NCBI GenBank assembly: GCA_048938385.1
Contig: JBHLMG010000003.1
Span: 1-64,000, forward strand
Length of the DNA stretch: 64,000 bases
From: Promethearchaeota archaeon
GTDB lineage: Archaea > Asgardarchaeota > Hermodarchaeia > Hermodarchaeales > Hermodarchaeaceae
Direction: 5' to 3'
Both the position numbers and the translations under genes were made by a program. Below, piece after piece: positions 34,935 through 45,985 of the stretch; within the stretch, counting starts at the first letter, position 1, and each line of letters starts with the position of its first letter. The notes under the pieces are model-generated. The model did no database searches. It had not been told where the DNA came from and saw only the letters and a list, made by a program, of their open reading frames with translations.

Positions 34935-36209
34935 TTGGCACTAATCTTCAGTGTGCAATCTCGGCAACCTATCACTTATGCTCTTATTCTCCTTCTTGTA
35001 CTAAGTAGCATATCCGGAGTCTTCGCTAGCACCTCTATGTGCCAAGCTTCCTTTGTTCAATCTGTAAATCTCAACCAACATATCCTTTGGCAATATTCCT
35101 ACAGCGGTGTTTTACGCTTTATTGAAGTTAGTAGTGCAGAAGAAACAATTGCATTCGTAACAGGAATTGAACCTAGTACTCTCACTGTATTAGACGGAGT
35201 GACTGGTCAATTTTTATGGGAGTTTCGGCCAACTGGTTTAGCTCCAGAAAACCGAACCATATCTGGACTCAGCCTGTCAGCCAACGGAGAATATCTCGTC
35301 ATCGGAACAACAGGGGGTAGCATATACCTCTTTCATCGAAGCTCTTCAGAAATCGTCCAACATTGGCAAACCAATATTCCGATTACAGCTGTCGCTATCT
35401 CTGAACTAGGTACATTCATCGCCATCGCATTTGCTGGATATGTCTATTTTCTCAGTCGATTGGAAGGTACACCCCTTTGGGGAGAGATCTTAGCTAATCC
35501 GCCCTATATTGTTACCAACATGACAATGGATCGGAGTGGAACAAATCTCGCTGCTAGCACTACAGAGAATAAAATATACTTCTTGAGAACTGGTGATGGC
35601 GTAATCCTCTGGGAGCGCCAAAACGATGTAAATACTACTACCTTAGAGCTCAACCCTGCAGGAACACTCCTATTCACCACAACTAGAAATGACGCTGTTC
35701 TCTTTACTGAGGAAGGAGGGATTGTTCAACAGTTCCCTATAACTCCGCGCGTATTCACCTTTAGTGGCGATAGTAGCAAAATTGCGATTATTTCGGTCAA
35801 TACGGTGTATGTCTACAACACGCAACCGCCTACACATGAAAGCAATCGTACCTTTATCGAAACCCAAATTACCAGTCTAGCTTTCACCTTTGATGGAGGC
35901 ATCCTCCTCCTAGGAACTCTGGAGAGTATTCAATATGCGCTAGAACCATCAAGCTTCAATGCGTTCTGGACATTACCACTCGGTGACCCAATCATTCAGT
36001 TGCTAACACCCGATATGGGGGATTTCTTTCTAGCCGCTACCACTACTACACTTATCGGATTACGAATTGCCAGTATCACAGGAGTCTTCACCTCTCTACT
36101 TCCCCTTGTCTTGATCATCCTTACTTCCGCCGCATTGAGCATTCTCACTTTCTTATTGGTTCGCCCCAAACGACCCCGCAGATTACTTGTCACCGAAACG
36201 GATGAATAA
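34935..36209 (+). CDS. Membrane-anchored beta-propeller (WD40/PQQ-like) surface protein
   Basis: Signal peptide, repeated G..LW and S..G..LA units, C-terminal TM plus basic tail. Confidence 0.8.
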   Translation: MALIFSVQSRQPITYALILLLVLSSISGVFASTSMCQASFVQSVNLNQHILWQYSYSGVLRFIEVSSAEETIAFVTGIEPSTLTVLDGVTGQFLWEFRPTGLAPENRTISGLSLSANGEYLVIGTTGGSIYLFHRSSSEIVQHWQTNIPITAVAISELGTFIAIAFAGYVYFLSRLEGTPLWGEILANPPYIVTNMTMDRSGTNLAASTTENKIYFLRTGDGVILWERQNDVNTTTLELNPAGTLLFTTTRNDAVLFTEEGGIVQQFPITPRVFTFSGDSSKIAIISVNTVYVYNTQPPTHESNRTFIETQITSLAFTFDGGILLLGTLESIQYALEPSSFNAFWTLPLGDPIIQLLTPDMGDFFLAATTTTLIGLRIASITGVFTSLLPLVLIILTSAALSILTFLLVRPKRPRRLLVTETDE

Positions 36210-36231
36210 GCAGAAGTGATGAAACTCCATA

Positions 36232-37002
36232 TTGGAGAATACCAAAATGAATATCTACCGAACATTTGCTCAACTATACGCAACAGGTGATTACCCACAG
36301 TATAGTGCGCGAATCGCTACGATACTACCCAAAGTGATGTCCTGGCTCGAAGTTACACCCCATACCCTGTTAGACCTAGCCTGTGGGGAAGGTACTTTTG
36401 TTGTTACCATGGCGAAGCAAGGCCTAGTTGTTACTGGTCTCGATCAATCTCCTGAAATGATTGCCTTGGCAAAAGAAAAAGCCGAAGAGGAAGGGGTTCA
36501 AGCAACATTCATCAGGGGCGATATGCGACGACTTGAGTTTTCTTCCAGTTTTGATTTTGTGACCTGCTGGTTTGACAGCCTGAATTATCTCCTCGAACTC
36601 GAAGATCTTGTAATCACATTTCAGGGTGTCGCAAACGCACTAACAGAAAAAGGGTTTTTCATCTTTGACTTGAACACGATATATTGGTTGGTCACCCTGG
36701 CACAACGCTATCCTTGCACCGTTGAGCGAGAAACTGAAGAGATCTTCCAAGTTCACCGCCACTCTTATAATTTTGAAACCAATATCGGCACATTTCACAT
36801 CACTGGGTTCATCAAAGAAAACGACCGCTGGCTTCGACGCGTGGATGAAACCCATAAAGAACGCGGCTACACCCTTGAAGAAGTTCGCCATACAATCAAA
36901 AAGGCAGGACTCCAGGAGGTAGCATGCTGGGAAAACCTTGAAAACCAAACGCCTCATACTCCCCAAAGCCGGCGCGTATTCTTCATCACGCAAAAAATCT
37001 AA
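36232..37002 (+). CDS. Class I SAM-dependent methyltransferase
   Basis: LDLACGEG, GLDQSPEM, GDMR, FDSLNY, FIFDLNT. Confidence 0.92.
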   Translation: MENTKMNIYRTFAQLYATGDYPQYSARIATILPKVMSWLEVTPHTLLDLACGEGTFVVTMAKQGLVVTGLDQSPEMIALAKEKAEEEGVQATFIRGDMRRLEFSSSFDFVTCWFDSLNYLLELEDLVITFQGVANALTEKGFFIFDLNTIYWLVTLAQRYPCTVERETEEIFQVHRHSYNFETNIGTFHITGFIKENDRWLRRVDETHKERGYTLEEVRHTIKKAGLQEVACWENLENQTPHTPQSRRVFFITQKI

Positions 37003-37347
37003 ATTGATGCTGTGGAGTCCTGGCCGGTTCATAGCTTTTCCAAAGCCATTTCAGTATTTCTGGTAATGCGTCTTGATCCTTGGGGACACCTCAACCCAAT
37101 TCTTCACCACTCTGCCCTTGTATTCAAAGACGCTGGCACTCGGAATTTGAAATGCCTTAAACTGATCCTCTTCAAGTAGTTTCATCAGAACCAAACCATC
37201 AGATACCAAGAAGCCAAAGAGCGTATCATCAACCGTGTAGCTGGGACAGCCAAACATGAGTTACTTTTTCACATCGCGTTTGTTAAACAATCCCTTTTCT
37301 AAAGTTTCTCGCACTCTTTTCATTCGATCATCTGAATAGAGTCTCAT
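37003..37347 (-). pseudogene. Disrupted TfoX/Sxy-N-like gene
   Basis: MRLYSDD..DVKK*LMFGCPSY with an in-frame TAA at 37263-37261; after WVEV a frameshift continues KDQDALPEILKWLWKSYE. The 3' boundary is approximate. Confidence 0.6.
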
Positions 37348-37438
37348 GTCAATGACTCCAGGGATTTAGACGGATACCTTTAACAATTTGACGGCTAAAA
37401 GAAAACCTATCAAACGAATACCACCTGAAGGGATAACG

Positions 37439-38638
37439 ATGCAAATTCGCCCACTTACCACAGATGATATGCCTCAGGTCATCAAACTGCACCAATACGC
37501 CTATGGGTACTGGACAGACCAAGCCGTCCAAGAGGAAGAATACCACCACCTGATCCCTGAGGACAGCTGGGGAGTTTTTGACAATGGCAAACTCCAATCT
37601 GTCCTCACCATCATGAAAGCCCGACAAGCCATTCGAGGTGTGCTTAAACCTATGGGTGGGCTTCACATGGTGGGGAGTTATCCTGAGGTTCGGATGAAAG
37701 GCTATATTCGAACGCTCATGGAACGCGCCTTCACAGATATGCACGCCAGTGAAATAGCTGTAAGTATGCTCGAACCTTTTCGAGAGACCTTCTACGCCCG
37801 CTTTGGTTATGTTTCTGCCAATGATAAATTTCGCTTAACTGCCCCTCTCGAAGGTCTTCGGGTGCCAAAGAATGCTGAAATCGGAGACGATTGGACCTTT
37901 GACCGAGTCGTCGGGTCAGAAGCCAAAGACTCCTATCTCCAATTCATCCAAGACCATGCGCTCTCTAAATACCACGGCTACGCTTTCAACCCAACCATTA
38001 GCGACGCTGAATGGAATTATCGTAACAAGAATCGCCACTTCGTCTTCATTAAACATCAAGGCAAAATCCAAGCTCTTGCACGGTACCAAATCAAGGGCTT
38101 TATGCACTTCAAGGAAGAAGGACAACTGATCATCGATGAAATGTACTGGCACACACTCAACGGTCAAGCTGCCTTGTTCCACTTTCTCGGAACCCATCGT
38201 GATCAAGTTAAAAAAATCCATTTACGCTTACCTTATGGAACTCACTTCCAACACTGGTTTGTCGACCTTTTGGATTGGATTGAAATCAAGGTCTGGAACC
38301 CCTGGATGGTTCGGCTCATCGAAATCAAAAACGCCCTCACAGGACTCCCCGCCCCCCTAGAGGGCGAATTCACTTTTACTCTCAAAGATACTCACTGCCC
38401 CTGGAACGATGGTACCTATGTCCTCCGTTCTGATGGAGAACGCCTTCAAATAGAGCCAACTTCGATGACCCCCACCCTGAAGTTGACTATTGAAGGGCTC
38501 AGCGCGCTCATCTACGGCACTAATACAACTGACACCCTAGAATTTCAAGGCTGGATCAAAGGGCTCGATGATCAAACACGAATGCTGCTACAACACTGGT
38601 TCCCACCCGTTCTCCTCTATAACCCCTATGAATTCTAG
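37439..38638 (+). CDS. Eis-like GNAT acetyltransferase with SCP2-like C-terminal domain
   Basis: MQIRPL, VGSYPEVRMKGY, FYARFGY, WMVRLI, DTHCPWNDG. Confidence 0.88.
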   Translation: MQIRPLTTDDMPQVIKLHQYAYGYWTDQAVQEEEYHHLIPEDSWGVFDNGKLQSVLTIMKARQAIRGVLKPMGGLHMVGSYPEVRMKGYIRTLMERAFTDMHASEIAVSMLEPFRETFYARFGYVSANDKFRLTAPLEGLRVPKNAEIGDDWTFDRVVGSEAKDSYLQFIQDHALSKYHGYAFNPTISDAEWNYRNKNRHFVFIKHQGKIQALARYQIKGFMHFKEEGQLIIDEMYWHTLNGQAALFHFLGTHRDQVKKIHLRLPYGTHFQHWFVDLLDWIEIKVWNPWMVRLIEIKNALTGLPAPLEGEFTFTLKDTHCPWNDGTYVLRSDGERLQIEPTSMTPTLKLTIEGLSALIYGTNTTDTLEFQGWIKGLDDQTRMLLQHWFPPVLLYNPYEF

Positions 38639-38751
38639 ACCAGTCACACTCCTATATACACTTTAGGTGTTATCGAAGATTTATTAGGCTCAAATTCTTC
38701 ATAAGCTCACAAATCCTTACGAGTTCAAACATTCAACACGATGGGAGGTGA

Positions 38752-39030
38752 ATGAATATGTCAAACGAAACTGCAGGCACTTTAGCATTAATTGGTGGAA
38801 TCATTAACCTCCTTGGAGGTCTTTTCATCGCGATTCTTCTATTCATTACAATCATCTTCATCCCTCTTGGAATATTGGTGCTTCTACTTGGGATTTTGCC
38901 GATCCAATGGCGTCACGACCCAGGCTCTCACCGAGTCGGATTAATCATCATCGGTATCCTCACCTTTTGGGCTATTGGTGGGATTTTCATCCTCATCGCT
39001 GGCATTATTGCAGAAGAAGAAGCAGCTTAA
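38752..39030 (+). CDS. Small membrane protein
   Basis: GGAGGTGA RBS; 3-4 hydrophobic helices; similar to the N-region of 53092-53571. Confidence 0.8.
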   Translation: MNMSNETAGTLALIGGIINLLGGLFIAILLFITIIFIPLGILVLLLGILPIQWRHDPGSHRVGLIIIGILTFWAIGGIFILIAGIIAEEEAA

Positions 39031-39169
39031 TGAAATCAAGAGGAATTCATATCTCAAAGTCTTGCATGCGTCAGTTAACCACTCGGTACACCAACATTAA
39101 TGTCCGTTATTGCCCAGGGAGACAATGTTTTATTCTTGGCATTCTGATAATGCTCGGAGGACGCGTACG

Positions 39170-39667
39170 ATGCCGACGGTTGTTGCTGTGTTGTTAAACA
39201 GCTTCGAGCTTGAAGCGAAACAGGCCAGATGCGTACTTAATGTCATAAACGAGGTGGACTTGAAGTACACACCAAAGAAGGGCATGCGGACATTAGGCGA
39301 ATTAGCTAATCATCTTGCCCAAATTCCCCTCCTAGATCCAAGCTTCTACGAAGGTGAAATTCACGATTTTGAACAAGCCCAGGCCCGAGAGAGAGACTTG
39401 AATCGGAACACGCTCCCTGACATCCTCGCTGTTTTCGACTCTGGCATCGTTGCCGTTAAGGATCGGTTCACTGGCATGTCAGAAGAGGAATTCTTTGCGA
39501 AAACTCTCAAAGCTTTCTATGATCAAGGTCCGAAACGGAGTTGGGCAGAATACATGCCTGATATGATCACTCACATCGCTATGCATAAAATGCAACTTTG
39601 GATGTATCTTAAACTCGCTGGGGCTCAGGTCAATATGATGACCTATTATGGTCATCACCCAGAATGA
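39170..39667 (+). CDS. DinB/YfiT family protein
   Basis: YTP..GMRTLGELANHL, HIAMHKMQLWMYLK; GGAGG before ATG 39170. Confidence 0.85.
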   Translation: MPTVVAVLLNSFELEAKQARCVLNVINEVDLKYTPKKGMRTLGELANHLAQIPLLDPSFYEGEIHDFEQAQARERDLNRNTLPDILAVFDSGIVAVKDRFTGMSEEEFFAKTLKAFYDQGPKRSWAEYMPDMITHIAMHKMQLWMYLKLAGAQVNMMTYYGHHPE

Positions 39668-39770
39668 CTAGATACTTTCGAGTTTAGTAGCTTTTTCCTA
39701 AAAATGGCTAAATGGGATTTCTGATAGAACAATCCGTTTTTCAATTGTTATAGGAAACTATGAGTTGGAC

Positions 39771-40622
39771 TTAACCGTAGATCTCTTTTAGAAAAACTTC
39801 AATGGTTGATTTGTATTTCTTTGGATCCTCATGTTGGAGCATGTGACCGATAGGTCCTGTAAACGGAACATGTCTTGAGTTTGGAAGGGCTTCATCCAAC
39901 TCTTGAGAGCTTGCAAAAGGTATGAAGCTGTCGTTTTCAGAGTGAATGAGAAGCGTGGGAATTGTAATGGTTCCCAGTTTATCTGAAACATCGTAGTTTT
40001 CAACAACTGCTTCCATCGTGGCTAGGCCAACGAAGTTTTCGTTTTTAAGAGTTCGATCAACAAATTCTTTGACGACTTCAGGATGGGCATCTTGGAAGGC
40101 GCGGTCATAACACAAATGGACCAGAATGTTCTCGATATCAGGGCGGTTCGTGACTTGAATGATGCCTTGCCGCAACCCTTCGATGTATTGGGTAAGTGCA
40201 GGGTTTTGCAGCTTTCGTGCCGTCGCTTCAAGGATTAGCCCGCGAAGGCGTTTCGAAATTTTCGGATCGGTGGCATAGCAGAGTGCAATCATGCCACCCA
40301 TCGAATGCCCGAGCAACACGATCTTCTTTTCTCCAATTACCTGCTTAAGGGCAGAATCGAGATCCTTAGCCAAATCGGGAAGTAAATAGCTCGAATCCTC
40401 CGGTTTATCGCTCTGTCCGTGACCTTTCATGTCAAAGGCGAAGGCATGATATCCCTGCCTCCCAAAGTAGTCTACTTCTGCTTCAAACAACCAGCTACTT
40501 CCCAGAAACCCATGCTGAAAGACTACTACCGGTCCCTTGCCTTTTTCGATATAATACATCTGATTTCCATCAGGAAGAGATACGAAACCCATATTCTTTT
40601 TCTCCTCAATCCGAATTTCCAA
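39771..40622 (-). CDS. Alpha/beta hydrolase
   Basis: HGFLG, DMKGHGQS, GHSMGG nucleophile, END, GHMLQHE. Confidence 0.93.
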   Translation of the reverse strand: MEIRIEEKKNMGFVSLPDGNQMYYIEKGKGPVVVFQHGFLGSSWLFEAEVDYFGRQGYHAFAFDMKGHGQSDKPEDSSYLLPDLAKDLDSALKQVIGEKKIVLLGHSMGGMIALCYATDPKISKRLRGLILEATARKLQNPALTQYIEGLRQGIIQVTNRPDIENILVHLCYDRAFQDAHPEVVKEFVDRTLKNENFVGLATMEAVVENYDVSDKLGTITIPTLLIHSENDSFIPFASSQELDEALPNSRHVPFTGPIGHMLQHEDPKKYKSTIEVFLKEIYG

Positions 40623-40769
40623 GTGATATCTTTTATATTAAATTAAAGAATTTGGGAAGATAATTCATATCCTTCAGAAATTCGTTGACTTGACCTTTAT
40701 TTATCACAGACACTCCATAAGAATGATAAACTAGCGTATCAGTCTTCGAATGGGAGGCGCAACGATTTC

Positions 40770-42791
40770 GTGACCGCTTCACGCAAGTTTGAACTCAACC
40801 CCAACTACACTCCACGCGGCGACCAGCCCAAAGCCATCAAAAAACTCATCGATGGCTACAACCAGGGTAAACGGCAACAGACTCTATTAGGCGTAACAGG
40901 CTCAGGAAAAACTTTCACGGTTGCCTCCATTGTTGAAGCTCTACAACAACCCACCCTCGTCATCGCCCCCAACAAAACTTTAGCCGCACAACTCACGAGC
41001 ATGTTTCGCGAGTACTTCCCCGACAACGCAGTCGAGTACTACACATCTTACTATGATTACTTTCAACCTGAAGCGTACATGCCGACTTCGGATACTTACA
41101 TTGAGAAGGATGCGTCGATCAACGAAGAGGTGGAGCGAATGCGGTTATCTGCCGTTGCGTCGCTCGCTGTGCGAAGTGATGTGTTGATCGTTGCCACTGT
41201 TTCTTGTATCTATGGCATCGGTGCTCCGGGTTCGTATCGAAACTTGGTTGTGGAGCTGGAACAGGGACAAGATATTCCCCGAGATGAGCTCTTCGCTCGG
41301 TTAGTGCATATCAACTACACTCGCAATGATTTCGACTTCCACCGGGGAACATTTCGTGTTCGAGGTGATGTGATTGAGGTTTTTCCTGCGTATGCGACTC
41401 ATCCGGTCCGTTTGGAAACCTTTGGTGATACAATTGAGCGTATCACAGACATTGCGCCAATAAAAGGCACAGTGCTTTTCGAACGGGAGAAGGTCAAAAT
41501 TTTTCCAGCTAAGCAATTCACGACGAATCAACAATTACTCCCTGAAATTTTAGAGCAAATTGAGGAAGAACTCGAATGGCGTCTAAGAGAATTGGAAGAG
41601 CAGGAAAAGATCCTCGAGGCAGACCGGCTGAGGCGGCGGGTGAAGTACGATATTGAGATGATGCGCTCCGTGGGGTGGACAGGTGGTATCGAGAATTACT
41701 CGCGATATTTTGATAATCGCAAAGAAGGAGAGAAACCCTTCTGTCTACTCGATCACTATCCAGAGGATTTTCTTTTGGTCATTGATGAATCCCATATTAC
41801 AGTTCCTCAACTTGGAGGTATGTTTTATGGGGATTTATCACGGAAACGCAACCTCGTTGATTATGGTTTCCGACTCCCCTCTGCCTACGACAATCGTCCC
41901 TTAAAGTTTGAAGAATTCGAACCCTATATGCGTGCTGTTCTCTATACTTCCGCTACACCTGCAGGCTATGAACGAAAACACTCAAACCAAGTAGTTGAAC
42001 AAATTATTCGTCCTACTGGATTGGTCGATCCCAAAATCATTGTGCGCCCTACTGAAGGTCAAGTCGAAGACCTGCTCGGAGAAATTCGTAATCGGGCTAA
42101 AAAGGATGAACGCGTCTTAGTAACTACTCTAACGAAACGGATGGCTGAGGATTTAGCTGATTACATGGTTCATGCCGGTATTAAGGCTGAGTACCTGCAC
42201 TCAGAAGTGGGCACGCTTGAGCGGGTTGAAGTGCTGCGTGATTTACGGCGTGGAAAACACGAAACTGTTGTCGGAATTAACTTGCTTCGAGAAGGGCTCG
42301 ATCTGCCTGAAGTATCACTAGTCGCAATTCTTGATGCCGATAAGGAGGGCTTCCTAAGGTCTGATACGAGCCTTATTCAAATCATGGGTCGGGCCAGTAG
42401 AAATGTCAATGGTACAGTGATTCTCTATGCCGATCAAATGACGGAATCCATGGAGCGAGCGATAAATGAGAACAACCGTCGGCGTGCCATGCAGCTTGCA
42501 TATAACAAGGAACACGGCATCACCCCTACCACCATTGTGAAATCGATTACTGATATCGCTGAAGGTGTACATCGAGTAAGCAAAGATGCTAGATCAACAG
42601 TGAGTATTCCCAAGAATTGGCGAACCGCAAACGAGAGCGACTTAGCCTTGCTCATCGTAGAGCTGCGAGAAGAGATGCTCCATTCCGCAGAAGAATTAGA
42701 TTTCGAACGGGCCGCAGAGTTGCGGGACCTAATTAATGAAATCGAAGCCTACATGGGACTCCAAGTGAAACCCGTAAAGAAACGGCGTTAA
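40770..42791 (+). CDS. uvrB: Excinuclease ABC subunit B
   Basis: GVTGSGKT, YYDYFQPEAY, DESH, DNRPL, GINLLREGLD, C-terminal UVR domain FERAAELRD. Confidence 0.98.
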   Translation: MTASRKFELNPNYTPRGDQPKAIKKLIDGYNQGKRQQTLLGVTGSGKTFTVASIVEALQQPTLVIAPNKTLAAQLTSMFREYFPDNAVEYYTSYYDYFQPEAYMPTSDTYIEKDASINEEVERMRLSAVASLAVRSDVLIVATVSCIYGIGAPGSYRNLVVELEQGQDIPRDELFARLVHINYTRNDFDFHRGTFRVRGDVIEVFPAYATHPVRLETFGDTIERITDIAPIKGTVLFEREKVKIFPAKQFTTNQQLLPEILEQIEEELEWRLRELEEQEKILEADRLRRRVKYDIEMMRSVGWTGGIENYSRYFDNRKEGEKPFCLLDHYPEDFLLVIDESHITVPQLGGMFYGDLSRKRNLVDYGFRLPSAYDNRPLKFEEFEPYMRAVLYTSATPAGYERKHSNQVVEQIIRPTGLVDPKIIVRPTEGQVEDLLGEIRNRAKKDERVLVTTLTKRMAEDLADYMVHAGIKAEYLHSEVGTLERVEVLRDLRRGKHETVVGINLLREGLDLPEVSLVAILDADKEGFLRSDTSLIQIMGRASRNVNGTVILYADQMTESMERAINENNRRRAMQLAYNKEHGITPTTIVKSITDIAEGVHRVSKDARSTVSIPKNWRTANESDLALLIVELREEMLHSAEELDFERAAELRDLINEIEAYMGLQVKPVKKRR

Positions 42792-42974
42792 CTTCGATTA
42801 CTTTCACCATACCCTCCCTGTGTTTATATGGTCAAACAGACAAAGGGCTCCAAACTGATACCCACCACACCATCGGGAAACCCTGCTGCATTATGAAACT
42901 TGGGAAGGATGCCAAAACCGTAACTCTTATGGCAATGCCTGCAATCGACTGGCTGGAACAAAGGTGACAACTGG

Positions 42975-45908
42975 GTGAGTGACGACAAGTACATCACAGT
43001 CAAAGGTGCACGGGTCCACAACCTCAAGAACATCACCGTCAAGATTCCCCGTGATAAATATGTAGTGATAACTGGGCTATCCGGCTCCGGGAAATCTTCC
43101 CTTGCTTTCGACACCTTATTTGCCGAAGGGCAACGCCGCTATGTCGAATCGCTATCCGCTTACGCCCGCCAGTTCTTAGGACGATTGGACAAACCCGATG
43201 TCGATTCCATTGAAGGATTAAGCCCCGCTATCTCAATCGATCAACGCTCAGCAGGCGGAAACCCACGGTCCACGGTGGGCACCATTACTGAAATTTACGA
43301 TTATATGCGACTACTCTGGGCTCGTATTGGTATTCCCCATTGTCATCAGTGTGGTCGTCAAATTAGTCCCCAATCCGTGCAACAGATTGTACGGCAAATT
43401 ATGGAGTTCGAGGATGGGAAACGCGTCCGTATCATCTCTCCAGTGGTGCGGGGTCGTAAAGGAACCTACAAAGCCCTTTTCAAGAAGCTCCGCAGTGAAG
43501 GCTTCATTCGGCTGCGTGTAGATGGTGAAGAATATCGACTCGATAAAGACACCGAGATTGAACTCGACCGCTACAAAACGCACACTATCGAGATCATCGT
43601 TGACCGGCTCGTTCTCAAACCAGCCGTAGAACAACGACTCACACAATCGGTAGAGACAGCGCTGGAGTTTAGCGAAGGCTTGGTAACTGTAGATGTCATG
43701 GGGGATCAAGAGTACCTGTTCAGCGAATCAGCAGGTTGTCCGGTCTGTGGTATCAGTTTTCCAGACTTGGCACCTCGACTCTTTAGTTTCAATTCGCCGT
43801 ACGGTGCCTGTCCTGAATGTAAAGGGCTCGGATACACCCTCGAAGTAGATCCTGAGTTAGTGGTCCCTGATCCGAAGCGATCGCTCCGAGAAGGGGCGAT
43901 TGTCCCATACCGTGCGCCGTTGAATGGGTGGCGACTTCGAAGCTTAACCAGTATCGCAAACCATTACGGATTCAGCCTCGACACACCTTTCCAAGACTTA
44001 GAACCGGAACACCAACAGGTTCTGCTATACGGTTCCGGTGATGAGGAGATTAGGTTCGAACACAGGGGCATCACAGACTCTGGAAGGAAATGGGAGTGGA
44101 TTAGCGAAAAGCCCACCATGGGCGTGATTCCCGGATTGAAGCATCGGTACAAGTACACGAGCTCTGAAATCGTACGGGAATCAATCCTCCAATATATGGC
44201 CCAGTTACCCTGCCCAGCCTGTGGAGGGCGACGACTTCGACCCGAAGCCTTAGCCGTGACAATTCATGATCATAGTATTGACCAAGTGTCAGATGGGTCT
44301 ATCGTTGAAACACTAAGCTTCTTTGACGACCTCAACCTCACCGAGAAAGAAACTACGATTGCTGCACAAACATTACGCGAGATTAGGCAACGATTGCAGT
44401 TCTTGTCATCTGTTGGACTCGATTATCTCACTCTCAACCGGTTATCCGCAACCCTCGCAGGGGGTGAAGCGCAACGCGTACGCTTAGCCACTCAGATTGG
44501 TTCACGATTAGTCGGCGTCACCTACATCCTGGACGAACCGAGTATCGGACTCCACATGCGAGACAATGCTCGTCTCTTAGAAATGCTTCTCCAGTTACGG
44601 GACCTTGGCAACACGGTCCTCGTAGTTGAACACGACGAAGGCTTCATCCGAGCAGCGGACTGGGTCATTGACCTGGGACCCGGTGCAGGTATCCATGGGG
44701 GTCAAGTCGTAGCTGAAGGAACTGTAGAAGAAATCATGGAGAACCCAAAGTCGCTGACAGGTCAGTATCTACGCGGCGACAAGAGCATTACGGTTCCCCC
44801 TTCCCGTCGGTTAGGGAACGGAGCAGCGCTACGCTTGAAGGGAGCACGACATCGTAACTTGAAAGACATTGATGTCACATTTCCTCTCGGCACCTTCATC
44901 TGCATCACCGGTGTATCTGGGTCTGGAAAAAGCACCCTCATCACCGACACTCTGTATCCCGGGATCATCTGGCAGTTTCGTTATCGTCGTCACCGGCAAT
45001 CGGACGCCATCCTCGCAGGATTAACGCAAAAGCCTGGACCTTTCGAAGCGTTAGAGGGCATTGACTATCTGGATAAAGTCATCCTTGTTGACCAATCTCC
45101 CATTGGTCGTACACCCCGATCCAACCCCGCCACCTATACGAAGGTCCTTGACCCCATTCGCGAACTCTTCGCCAAAACTGAGGAAGCCCGGAAACGCGGT
45201 TACCAGCCCGGACGGTTCAGCTTCAATGTCAAAGGCGGACGCTGTGAAACCTGTCGTGGCGCAGGGGTTATTCGTATCGAGATGCAGTTTCTCCCCGATG
45301 TCTATGTTGTCTGTGACGAATGCCATGGAAAACGGTTCAACAAAGAAACACTCCAGGTCCGATACAAAGGGAAGACTATCTATGAAATCCTCCGCATGAC
45401 CGTCGACGAAGCCGCTGAATTCTTTGAAAACTTCCCCAAGATTGCCCGAATCCTCAAAACCCTCCAGGCTGTCGGATTAGGGTACATGGAACTCGGACAA
45501 CCTTCACCCACGCTTAGTGGTGGAGAAGCGCAGCGAATTAAACTGAGCCGTGAACTTGGAAAACGCAGCACGACCCAAACTTTGTACATTCTTGATGAAC
45601 CCACCACTGGATTACATCTAGCAGATGTACAGAAACTCCTAGATGTGCTGAGTTCCCTCCTCGATGCTGGTAACACGGTAATCGTGATTGAACACCAACC
45701 CGATGTTATTCGTGCCGCAGACTACATCCTCGACCTCGGTCCTGAGGGCGGAGATCAGGGCGGTTACATTGTCGCTCACGGGACTCCGGAACAAGTAGCA
45801 CAAGTTAAGAACTCACATACAGCAGCTGTGCTCCGTAAGGTGCTCTCGTCTAAATCCAGCCGAGATGACTCTGCCTCCAAGAAGCGAGTTAAAATCTTGT
45901 CCCAGTGA
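42975..45908 (+). CDS. uvrA: Excinuclease ABC subunit A
   Basis: [17 protein letters not shown], Zn fingers, LAGGE, second ABC module [13 protein letters not shown]. Confidence 0.98.
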   Translation: MSDDKYITVKGARVHNLKNITVKIPRDKYVVITGLSGSGKSSLAFDTLFAEGQRRYVESLSAYARQFLGRLDKPDVDSIEGLSPAISIDQRSAGGNPRSTVGTITEIYDYMRLLWARIGIPHCHQCGRQISPQSVQQIVRQIMEFEDGKRVRIISPVVRGRKGTYKALFKKLRSEGFIRLRVDGEEYRLDKDTEIELDRYKTHTIEIIVDRLVLKPAVEQRLTQSVETALEFSEGLVTVDVMGDQEYLFSESAGCPVCGISFPDLAPRLFSFNSPYGACPECKGLGYTLEVDPELVVPDPKRSLREGAIVPYRAPLNGWRLRSLTSIANHYGFSLDTPFQDLEPEHQQVLLYGSGDEEIRFEHRGITDSGRKWEWISEKPTMGVIPGLKHRYKYTSSEIVRESILQYMAQLPCPACGGRRLRPEALAVTIHDHSIDQVSDGSIVETLSFFDDLNLTEKETTIAAQTLREIRQRLQFLSSVGLDYLTLNRLSATLAGGEAQRVRLATQIGSRLVGVTYILDEPSIGLHMRDNARLLEMLLQLRDLGNTVLVVEHDEGFIRAADWVIDLGPGAGIHGGQVVAEGTVEEIMENPKSLTGQYLRGDKSITVPPSRRLGNGAALRLKGARHRNLKDIDVTFPLGTFICITGVSGSGKSTLITDTLYPGIIWQFRYRRHRQSDAILAGLTQKPGPFEALEGIDYLDKVILVDQSPIGRTPRSNPATYTKVLDPIRELFAKTEEARKRGYQPGRFSFNVKGGRCETCRGAGVIRIEMQFLPDVYVVCDECHGKRFNKETLQVRYKGKTIYEILRMTVDEAAEFFENFPKIARILKTLQAVGLGYMELGQPSPTLSGGEAQRIKLSRELGKRSTTQTLYILDEPTTGLHLADVQKLLDVLSSLLDAGNTVIVIEHQPDVIRAADYILDLGPEGGDQGGYIVAHGTPEQVAQVKNSHTAAVLRKVLSSKSSRDDSASKKRVKILSQ

Positions 45909-45985
45909 TTATTCACCTTCTTTCTCAACTGTATAAACGGTGGAATAATAGGACACGATGAAACGAAGATAATGGGAATGCAACG

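Noticed and set aside
45880-45908. UvrA C-terminal RVKIL as a sixth SIM-like motif
   Set aside because: Short, lacks an acidic flank, lies far from the locus and is easily chance
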